22,538 bases of DNA from Candidatus Altarchaeum sp. (GTDB taxonomy: Archaea; Altiarchaeota; Altiarchaeia; Altiarchaeales; Altiarchaeaceae). Positions 15,154 through 22,538 of the stretch are shown one piece after another. Each line of letters starts with the position of its first letter. Position 1 is the stretch's first letter. The stretch covers positions 1-22,538 of the forward strand of contig JAGWDQ010000130.1 in assembly GCA_018260615.1 (NCBI GenBank), read 5' to 3'. The translations under genes and the position numbers were made by a program. The notes below the pieces were generated by a model, which was not told the origin of the DNA, did not search any database, and was given only the letters and a program-made list of their open reading frames with translations.

Positions 15154-16860
15154 ATGGACAAATACAACATTCTAATAAATGCAGCATTACATCCGGAAAA
15201 GTGCGATTTATTTGTTGAAGGGAATTTAGTAAATGTCATAACAAAAGAAATTTATAAGGCAAGAGTCGGAATAAAAAACGGAAGCATCGTTTATATTGAA
15301 AGGGATGAAGGCGTAAAATCGGAAAAATTTTTACTTCCTTCTTTCATTGACTCACACATTCACATTGAAAGTTCTATGCTCATTCCATCCGAATTTGCAA
15401 AATTAGCAGTTAAACACGGAACCTGTGCCGTTGTTGCAGACCCTCATGAAATTGCAAATGTTCTTGGTATGGAAGGAATTAAATTTATGATTGAAAATTC
15501 AAAAAATATTCCTGTAGAAATTTACTTTAACATCCCGTCTTGTGTTCCCGCAGCAGAGGGATTTGAAACATCTGAAAAAATAACTATTAATGATATAAAA
15601 AAACTAAAGAAATACAAAAGAATATTGGGATTGGCAGAGGTGATGAACTTTCCGGGAGTGCTCAACTGCAACCCTGAAATTATTGAAAAACTAAAAATTT
15701 TTAACACTGGAAATTTTGTAATTGACGGGCACTGTCCGGATTTAAAGGGAAATTTATTAAATGCTTATGCCTCGTTCATCCATTCGGATCACGAATCAAC
15801 AAATTATGAAGAGGCAATTGAAAAATTAAGAAAAGGAATGTACCTGATGCTCAGAGAAGGTTCTGCTGCAAAAAATCTGAATATTTTAAAAGACATCGTT
15901 AGGAACAAAATTTCTACAGCTCATTGTATGCTCGTATGCGACGACATTCACGCAGATGAATTAAATAAAGGACACATAAATTTGCTGCTCAAAAGAGCGG
16001 TTGAAACTGGTATGAACGAAATTGATGCAATACGACTGGCAACCCTACATCCCGCAAATTACTTCAATCTGAAAAATTTAGGTGCAATAGCAATCGGAAG
16101 GGACGCAAACATAACCATTGTTGATAACTTAAAGGACTTTAATATTGAAAAGGTGATATTCAGGGGCAAGGTTGTGGTTAGCAACGGAAAAATTTTAGCA
16201 AAATTTAAAAAAAGAAAAATTTCCGAAAAATGGACACATACTGTAAAAATCAGAAAAATTGAGCCCGATGATTTAAAAATCAGGACAGACAGAAAAGAAG
16301 GAGGGGAAAAAGTGAGAACAATAAAAGCAATTGACGGACAAATATGGACAAAAGAAGAAACAGGTGAAGTTGAGGTAAATGACTATTGCCTGATAGAAAA
16401 TTTAAACAAAGATATACTAAAGATTGTGGTTGTTGACAGACATAAAGGAGAAAATTTTGCAGTCGGATTTGTAAATGGCTTCGGAATAAAGAACGGAGCA
16501 ATTGCGTCAAGTATATCACATGATGCGCACAATATTATCTGTGTCGGAAGCAAAGATGAATATATATTGAAGGCGATAAATGAGATTCAGAGAATTGAAG
16601 GCGGAATTGCTGTTGTAAGTAATGATGAAATTTATTTCATACAATTAAAAGTTGCGGGATTGATGTCAGATAATGCAGAAGATGTTATAGAAAAAGCAAA
16701 AATTTTAAATGAAAAAGCAAAAGAAATAGGATGCACATTAACACATCCCTTTATGACGCTTTCATTTCTTGCTTTGCCCGTAATTCCGGAATTGAAAATT
16801 ACAGATAAGGGATTAGTAAATGTGAAGGAATTTAAATTTACAGACCTGATTGTGAAATAA
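15154..16860 (+). CDS. ade: Adenine deaminase
   Basis: IDSHIHIESSML, VVADPHEIANV, LAEVMNFPGV, DGHCP, REGSAAKN, CDDIHAD, SISHDAHN, LALPVIPELKITDKGL. ATG at 15154 is preferred over GTG at 15121. Confidence 0.96.
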   Translation: MDKYNILINAALHPEKCDLFVEGNLVNVITKEIYKARVGIKNGSIVYIERDEGVKSEKFLLPSFIDSHIHIESSMLIPSEFAKLAVKHGTCAVVADPHEIANVLGMEGIKFMIENSKNIPVEIYFNIPSCVPAAEGFETSEKITINDIKKLKKYKRILGLAEVMNFPGVLNCNPEIIEKLKIFNTGNFVIDGHCPDLKGNLLNAYASFIHSDHESTNYEEAIEKLRKGMYLMLREGSAAKNLNILKDIVRNKISTAHCMLVCDDIHADELNKGHINLLLKRAVETGMNEIDAIRLATLHPANYFNLKNLGAIAIGRDANITIVDNLKDFNIEKVIFRGKVVVSNGKILAKFKKRKISEKWTHTVKIRKIEPDDLKIRTDRKEGGEKVRTIKAIDGQIWTKEETGEVEVNDYCLIENLNKDILKIVVVDRHKGENFAVGFVNGFGIKNGAIASSISHDAHNIICVGSKDEYILKAINEIQRIEGGIAVVSNDEIYFIQLKVAGLMSDNAEDVIEKAKILNEKAKEIGCTLTHPFMTLSFLALPVIPELKITDKGLVNVKEFKFTDLIVK

Positions 16861-16874
16861 ATTTTATCACAAAC

Positions 16875-18341
16875 TTATTCTAGTAAATTTAATCCGTTTA
16901 TAAATGCCGCAACACTCGCCATAACGATATCTTCATGTATTCCTCTCGCTATTACTGTTTTCTTCCCGTTACTTAACTTTATCGTTACTTCTGCTAATGC
17001 ATCGCTTCCGCCGCTGATTGCATCTAAATGATATTCCTCTAAACTGACATTGCTGTATTCTTTTATTTTTCTTATCGCATTTAATGCGGAATCAACAGTT
17101 CCAACGCCCTCGCTAACAGCAATTTCTTCATTTCCGTTAATATCCAGCTTTACGAATGCAAACGGTTTTTTCCCGAAATCATTATAAACCCGTAAATCAG
17201 CCAGTTTGATTTTTTCTTCTCTTTTTCTGCCCAAAATATCATCTGCTATTGCCATTAAATCAACTTCCGTAACCCTTTTTCCTTTATCTCCCAGTTCCTT
17301 GATTTTTTTTGTTATAACTTCTGCAATTTCATTTGAAACATCGTAATTTAATTCCTTTAATTTACTTTCAACTGCATGAACTCCCACCAATTTTCCCATG
17401 ACAATTCTTCTCTTCGCTCCTACCATTTCAGGTGTTATCGGCTCGTAAGTTGATGATTCGGCAAGTACGCCGTGAACATGAATTCCCGCCTCATGTGCAA
17501 AAGCATTGTCTCCCACAAAAGGAAAATTCGGGGAAATTTTTATTCCGTAAAGCCGTTCAACTAACTTTGATGTTTCATAAATTTTCTCTGTTTTTATGTT
17601 TGTTTCAAATTTATCTGCGTATAAAATTTTACATCCCATAACGACCTGTTCCAAATCCGCATTTCCCGCTCTTTCTCCGACGCCGTTTATGGTAACATGA
17701 GGCAACATTACACCTTCCTCAATTGCCGCAAGCGTATTAGCAACCGCCAGCCCGAAATCATTATGACAATGAACTGCAAGAGGAGTTGAAATTTCTTTTC
17801 GCAACGATGAAATTATTTGCTTCATTCTTTCAGGCGTACAAACCCCAACCGTATCAGGAATATTTATGTAATGGACCTTCATTTCATCTGCAAGTTTGCA
17901 AATTTTAACCATGAAATTTTCCTCTGTTCTCGTTGCATCTTCCAGGCTAAAATGAACTTTAAATCCATGGTCTTTGCAGTACTGAATGCTTTTTGTTATT
18001 TTTTCCGTAACCTGTTCTTCAGTCATCTTTAATTTAAATTTCATGTGTATCGGAGAAGTAGCAATAAATATATGTATTAAATCAACATCTGCATTAATGC
18101 ATGCGTCAATGTCATTTTTTGTGCATCTTGCCAGCCCGCAAATTTTTCCGGGAAAATTTTTTGAAATTTCTTTAACCGTCTTCTCTTCGCCTTCTGATGC
18201 AGATGGAAAGCCCGCCTCAATAATATCAACTCCAAGCTCCACTAACGCTTCTGCAACTTTAAATTTATCCTGTGAAGTTATTGCCACCCCAGGTGTTTGT
18301 TCCCCGTCCCTTAATGTCGTATCAAAAATTTTTATTTTCAT
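16875..18341 (-). CDS. leuA: 2-isopropylmalate synthase (LeuA/CimA family)
   Basis: DTTLRDGEQTPG, IEAGFP, HCHNDFGLAVAN, GERAGNA, and a C-terminal regulatory domain. IEAGFP and NIPDTVG favour LeuA over CimA, but the two cannot be fully separated here. Confidence 0.8.
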   Translation of the reverse strand: MKIKIFDTTLRDGEQTPGVAITSQDKFKVAEALVELGVDIIEAGFPSASEGEEKTVKEISKNFPGKICGLARCTKNDIDACINADVDLIHIFIATSPIHMKFKLKMTEEQVTEKITKSIQYCKDHGFKVHFSLEDATRTEENFMVKICKLADEMKVHYINIPDTVGVCTPERMKQIISSLRKEISTPLAVHCHNDFGLAVANTLAAIEEGVMLPHVTINGVGERAGNADLEQVVMGCKILYADKFETNIKTEKIYETSKLVERLYGIKISPNFPFVGDNAFAHEAGIHVHGVLAESSTYEPITPEMVGAKRRIVMGKLVGVHAVESKLKELNYDVSNEIAEVITKKIKELGDKGKRVTEVDLMAIADDILGRKREEKIKLADLRVYNDFGKKPFAFVKLDINGNEEIAVSEGVGTVDSALNAIRKIKEYSNVSLEEYHLDAISGGSDALAEVTIKLSNGKKTVIARGIHEDIVMASVAAFINGLNLLE

Positions 18342-19450
18342 TTTAACTCTTTTAAAATTTCTCTTATACCTGTTAAAATTATCCCTGACTGTATCTTTAT
18401 AGTTTCCTTTTGTGGATTTATAAATAAAATGTTTTTCCCGGATAAATAAATCTTTTCTGCCCTGCTTATTCCCGCATCTCTTATTTCTTCCTTATCTTTA
18501 AACATTTTTAGTATTTCAATTACTTTATCTCTTTCAACGGGAATTTTTTCTTCACCTTCTTCCATCTCTATTTTTGGTTTTACATACAACAATTTATCAA
18601 GCATATCTGATATAAGGCGCCTTTTCTCAGCAATTTTCTCCTGAACAACTGAATTTATTTCTTTGCCTTCTTCAAGCAATATTCTCAAATCCCCGGGTTT
18701 CCCCCCGAAATATTTTATTGCCGTATCTATATCTCCGAATTTAAATTTTTCCAGAAATTTCTTTGTTGTTTGTTCGTCAAAATCATCAACTAAAATGTAA
18801 TTTGCTCTTCCTTCCAGCATTGCTTCATTATATACCTTTTCAATAAACAAAGAATCAGAGGATAAAGCAAAGACATGACAAATATGCAATTCCTTTGTCA
18901 GGCGAATGAAAAAGTTAAACAATTTATAAATAAAGTGTCCGTTAATTTTTAAATCACCTATTGTTTGTAATTCATCAATGATTAAAACAGGTGTTTTGTG
19001 TTTTGCTATTGTTTTAAAATACCCCTCAAGATATACAAACACATCTTCATGAGATTTTTCTTTGAAAAATGTTTCAAGCAAACTTTCACCTACAGGAATT
19101 CCATGTGATTTATATAAGGTCTTTTCTCCTGCCGAAGTAATATGTTTCAGAAGTCCTTTAAAAAGACCTTTTATCTTTTTTAAGAGTCCTTTTTCCTCAA
19201 TTGTGAATAAAACTCTGATGAAGTCCCTATATTTTATGATTGACTTTCCTCTTAAATTTATGTAAAAAACAACATAACCACCAGGTAAATTTTCAATTAA
19301 AGTTGTAATTAAAGTTGTCTTTCCTGAATTTATCGGACCGTAAATAAAATTGAGCAGTTGCGGCTTTACTTTCAAAACATCCATAATCTGTTTCGTCTCA
19401 TTTTCCCGGTCAAAAAATTCAATATCTCTGAAATTTCCTGTTCCATTCAT
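18338..19450 (-). CDS. Archaeal AAA-type ATPase (PF01637-like ATP-binding protein)
   Basis: N-terminal FFDRENE, Walker A GPINSGKT, Walker B LIIDELQ. ATGA overlap with leuA at 18338-18341. Confidence 0.88.
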   Translation of the reverse strand: MNGTGNFRDIEFFDRENETKQIMDVLKVKPQLLNFIYGPINSGKTTLITTLIENLPGGYVVFYINLRGKSIIKYRDFIRVLFTIEEKGLLKKIKGLFKGLLKHITSAGEKTLYKSHGIPVGESLLETFFKEKSHEDVFVYLEGYFKTIAKHKTPVLIIDELQTIGDLKINGHFIYKLFNFFIRLTKELHICHVFALSSDSLFIEKVYNEAMLEGRANYILVDDFDEQTTKKFLEKFKFGDIDTAIKYFGGKPGDLRILLEEGKEINSVVQEKIAEKRRLISDMLDKLLYVKPKIEMEEGEEKIPVERDKVIEILKMFKDKEEIRDAGISRAEKIYLSGKNILFINPQKETIKIQSGIILTGIREILKELK

Positions 19451-19548
19451 TTTAGTAATCTTTCTTTGTATTTTACAAACACAACAATAAATTAATAAGC
19501 AATAACAAATAATAAAGACATTAAATAAGTTAAAAATTCATACAAAGT

Positions 19549-19770
19549 TTTTTTATCGTACAGGAAAGTTCGTTCTTTATTTTTGGTTCTTCTCACCAAG
19601 ACACAGAAACACAAAGAAGTTATATTCTGTAACATGGTGACTTTGTGGCTTTTTCAAAACCCGAAGGTTTTGAAAATCTCCGGGCATTTTCAAATCGCAT
19701 TTTCAAAACGCAGAGTTTTGAAAATCTCCGAGCAACAGCGAGGTGAACAGCGAGGTTATTGTGTGAGTAT
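19549..19770 (-). repeat. Intergenic composite repeat, copy C (inverted relative to A and B)
   Basis: 26-mer at 19549-19574 is the reverse complement of 2291-2316. Heptads at 19594-19650. TTTGAAAATCTCCG at 19669-19682 and 19727-19740, each at the base of a TTTTCAAAAC..GTTTTGAAAA hairpin. Confidence 0.8.
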
Positions 19771-19784
19771 TCTTCTGATTTTTT

Positions 19785-21071
19785 TTAAATTTCACTCCTT
19801 TCATTAATTTCATAAGCGATATTTGTCAGCATGAAATTTTTTATATCTGTATGCTTATTATGATGTCCAAGTGCGAACATCAGTTTGATGTATGCTGCTT
19901 CGGGAAGCATATCCTCACAGGGAACAACACCCGCTTTCAATAACTTTCTTCCTGTTGCATAAACATTTAAATTTGTCCTCCCGAATATCGTCTGTGAAGT
20001 CATTGCAATAAATGTTCCTTTATCAATTGCCTTCTTTATCGGCTCAATAAGAGAGTCATGGACATGTCCCAGGCCGGTTCCCTCAATAACAATCCCTTTA
20101 TATTTTTCACATAAAATTTCAAAAATTTCAGGAGTTAATGTCGGGAAATATTTAAGAAGCATAACATTTTTTTCAATCTTCGTGTCAAGGAGGGTCTCAT
20201 TTTTTTCATCTTTTTCCAAAATTTTCCCGTTTTCATATCTCTCAAATTTCTTTTCAAAAAAATTGAGTCGTGCAAATTTGTCACCTTTAAAGGCATCCCT
20301 CATACTTGTGTGCATCTTTCTGACCTTTGTTCCCCTGAAGACAGCACAAAATTTATCGTCAATACCTTCGTGCATTAAAACAAATACACCTTTATTGTGA
20401 AATTTTTCCGGGTCCAACGAAGCAAAATATATTGAATTTATTAAATTTAATGTAGCATCACTGCTCCCCCTGTCACTGCTTCGCTGTGCCCCTGTAAAAA
20501 CAACCGGAACATTTAAATTTTTTAGCATGAAAGACAACATCGCCGATGAATAATGGAGCGTGTCGGTTCCGTGCGGAATTACAATCCCTTTTGCTCCTTT
20601 CTCCACGCATTTATAAACCTCGCCGGCAATTTTAATCCAGTCATCAGGAGTTAAATTTTCGGAAAATTTATTTAAAATTTGCTTCCCCAAAATTTCCACG
20701 CCTGTTTCGGAAATTTCCGGAACCGTGCTTAACAAGTCGTTTGCAGAAAATGCCGGCTTTACCCCACCTGTAATATAATCAATTTTACTTGCTATTGTTC
20801 CTCCGGTTGCCAATATTAAAATTTTTCCGTCTGCATCTTCAAAATCACACTCTTCTTCACTTCCAGCAATCTCTTTTTTCACATTTCTTTTTATGAGTTC
20901 TATATTTAAAATTTGAACCTTTCTTATTCCAACATTGTAACCGCTTTTCAGTTTTACGAACAAAAATTCCCTGCTTTCAAGTTCATATTCCGGCATTAGG
21001 TGACCCTCAAAAACCTTATCCGTTGTCGTAATTTGAACAAAATCGCCGGGATTAAAATCGTATGAATTCAT
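19785..21071 (-). CDS. gatD: Glu-tRNA(Gln) amidotransferase subunit D
   Basis: KLKSGYNVG N-domain, ATGGTIASKIDY, HGTDT, GAQRSSDRGSSD, RKMHTS.RDAF, EDMLPEAAYIKL. Confidence 0.96.
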   Translation of the reverse strand: MNSYDFNPGDFVQITTTDKVFEGHLMPEYELESREFLFVKLKSGYNVGIRKVQILNIELIKRNVKKEIAGSEEECDFEDADGKILILATGGTIASKIDYITGGVKPAFSANDLLSTVPEISETGVEILGKQILNKFSENLTPDDWIKIAGEVYKCVEKGAKGIVIPHGTDTLHYSSAMLSFMLKNLNVPVVFTGAQRSSDRGSSDATLNLINSIYFASLDPEKFHNKGVFVLMHEGIDDKFCAVFRGTKVRKMHTSMRDAFKGDKFARLNFFEKKFERYENGKILEKDEKNETLLDTKIEKNVMLLKYFPTLTPEIFEILCEKYKGIVIEGTGLGHVHDSLIEPIKKAIDKGTFIAMTSQTIFGRTNLNVYATGRKLLKAGVVPCEDMLPEAAYIKLMFALGHHNKHTDIKNFMLTNIAYEINERSEI

Positions 21072-21180
21072 TTTAAATTTTTATAATTTGTCTGTTTTTT
21101 ATTTTCTTTTTCTATTTTCAGATACTAAATACAAAAAAAATATGATTTGGACAACCTCAATGGAAAATTTAAAAAATGGG

Positions 21181-21621
21181 TTATGAATTTTTAGACAGAC
21201 ATTCAAAAGGAATATAACTTACATTTACTTTCATATTCTTTGCTACATCCCTGATTAAAGTATCTGTGGTTAGAATGAGAGAATTTCTCCTCCCGGCAAC
21301 TGCCAATATAAAACAATCAACTAATGAAAGATTATTCGGATTCCTTATTTTGATTGCGCCTGCTTTTATAGCATCATCATAGTCCAATGAAGGCAATTCC
21401 TGATTTAAGGATTTTAACCACAAAATTTTGTCTTTTACTTTTTTCTCCCCGAATTTTGGAACATTTTTATAATAAATTTCACTGACAACTGGTGCAATTA
21501 GTATCAAATGTGATTGTTTATTTCGTATCCGATTCCAAATTTGTGACCATTTTTGCGGGATGGAGATGTTGCCATACAGCAAAACGGATAAGACATTCGT
21601 ATCAAAAAGATATTCTGTCAT
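21181..21621 (-). CDS. PIN-domain (VapC-like) ribonuclease toxin
   Basis: YLFDTNVL, a conserved E in VVSEIY, LSLVDCFILAVA, ILTTD. Confidence 0.88.
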   Translation of the reverse strand: MTEYLFDTNVLSVLLYGNISIPQKWSQIWNRIRNKQSHLILIAPVVSEIYYKNVPKFGEKKVKDKILWLKSLNQELPSLDYDDAIKAGAIKIRNPNNLSLVDCFILAVAGRRNSLILTTDTLIRDVAKNMKVNVSYIPFECLSKNS

Positions 21622-21645
21622 TTTTTAAAGTTTTACAAAGTTTAA

Positions 21646-21671
21646 AAAATATCCGAGCATAGGCGAGGTGA
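21646..21671 (-). repeat. Truncated member of the intergenic repeat family, copy D
   Basis: AAAATATCCGAGCATAGGCGAGGTGA is 22/26 identical to 19731-19756. Confidence 0.6.
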
Positions 21672-21703
21672 TTTTTTATTTATTCTTTCTCCTTCTTAAC
21701 CGC

Positions 21704-21907
21704 TTATTTCATAACGGGACATACTATTCTGATTATCAGTTTCCCGTTTTCATTTTCGACAACTTCCACACAGCCATTTTTATCTTTTGAAATCATATAA
21801 ATTTCGCCGGGAGCAAGTTTTTCAAATATTGGTTCTGCCCCTGAGATAATATGACTCTCGCCGGGAGCAAGTTTTTCTAAAGGTTCCTTTTTCTTTTTTC
21901 TTACCAT
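21704..21907 (-). CDS. Small protein upstream of vapC, candidate antitoxin
   Basis: 67 aa, co-oriented and upstream of the PIN gene; EKLAPGE occurs twice, 18 aa apart. Confidence 0.55.
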   Translation of the reverse strand: MVRKKKKEPLEKLAPGESHIISGAEPIFEKLAPGEIYMISKDKNGCVEVVENENGKLIIRIVCPVMK

Positions 21908-22040
21908 TTTTTAGTAGTTAATTATAAAAAATTACAATTAAAAGATTAAATTTTAAAATTTTAACATCCAAACATTTATGACCTTTTAAAACCCTGTTGG
22001 TGAAACATATTTCCTAATTCTTTTTTAGTATTTGTTTAGC

Positions 22041-22352
22041 ACCACAGAGGCACAGAGAAAATAATTTTATGTCTAATTTTTGTCTTTATTAGTCCTTTAA
22101 AAAAACCTCCCACAAAGTCACAAAGCCATAAGGTATTTTAAAATCAAGAGATTTTAAAAGATTGAAAATCTTCAAAGAATTTTCAGTATTTAAAAATTTC
22201 GTAAATTTTTAAAGATTGAAACCTCACAGGTTTCTGTATATCTCTCATAGTTCTTTGTGTCTTTTTCAAAATCAATAGATTTTGAAAATCTCCGAGCATT
22301 TTAAATTTATTTAAAATACACGAACGAAGTGAACGTAAGAGCGAGGTGACTG
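22041..22352 (-). repeat. Intergenic composite repeat, copy E
   Basis: CACAGAGG-CACAGAG (22043-22057) and CACAAAGT-CACAAAG (22111-22125). AGATTGAAAATC..TTTTCAGTATT module matches 5441-5470. TTTGAAAATCTCCG at 22281-22294; CGAACGAAGTGA...GCGAGGTGA at about 22321-22349. Confidence 0.78.
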
Positions 22353-22476
22353 TATCTCCGTGTTAGGAATTACATTTTAATCATCTAAACAATTACCTTT
22401 TTTATTCTCTGTTTTTAATTCTTTTTTAGTAATTGATATTCATTGATTTTAAATGTAGTTTATCAAAGATATACAA

Positions 22477-22538
22477 ATGGAAGATAAAAATTTTATTCGG
22501 TTTTTAGGAACATCAGGCGGAAGATTTGTAATGGCATC
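22477..22538 (+). CDS. 5' end of a probable MBL-fold metallo-hydrolase (partial)
   Basis: ATG at 22477 gives MEDKNFIRFLGTSGGRFVMA..., the 'FLGTxG' first strand of metallo-beta-lactamase folds. It runs off the window. Confidence 0.6.
   Translation, partial: MEDKNFIRFLGTSGGRFVMA

Noticed and set aside
304-18402. Antisense or alternative-frame ORFs (304-645, 1069-1485, 2511-3002, 3716-3922, 7517-7720, 9172-9498, 11874-12236, 13307-13672, 13971-14267, 17986-18402 and others)
   Set aside because: Shadow ORFs overlapping well-supported genes; 13307-13672 merely reflects the repeat tract in another frame.
19583-19807. 74-aa plus-strand ORF
   Set aside because: Overlaps repeat copy C and the gatD stop; repeat-derived.
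1-22538. tRNA, rRNA or cas genes
   Set aside because: No cloverleaf, rRNA-like GC-rich segment or Cas protein motif was recognised in the window.

Overview
AT-rich archaeal chromosomal window (L7Ae/S28e/L24e, aEF-1beta, prefoldin alpha, pelota, GatD). The low GC and gene content are compatible with Altiarchaeota or a similar lineage; this is inference only. Core genes: aroA, DUF131, CBS protein, pfdA, hisC, ndk, r-proteins, citG-like, pelota, ade, leuA-like, archaeal ATPase, gatD, vapC. Accessory structure read from the sequence: (1) the 3' end of an IS200/605-type TnpB gene with downstream hairpins at the left edge. (2) A 3-repeat CRISPR-like mini-array whose first repeat supplies the aroA stop codon and whose adjacent spacer is a 35/37 copy of aroA's own 3' end. 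(3) A 1.6-kb two-gene islet inserted at the pelota start, with a 32-bp direct repeat. (4) A coiled-coil/TM gene between identical 38-bp direct repeats, next to a 22-bp-periodic ATATCC array. (5) An adjacent secreted dockerin protein and membrane-anchored cohesin scaffold. (6) A dispersed REP/MITE-like family of tandem hairpin repeats in five intergenic regions.
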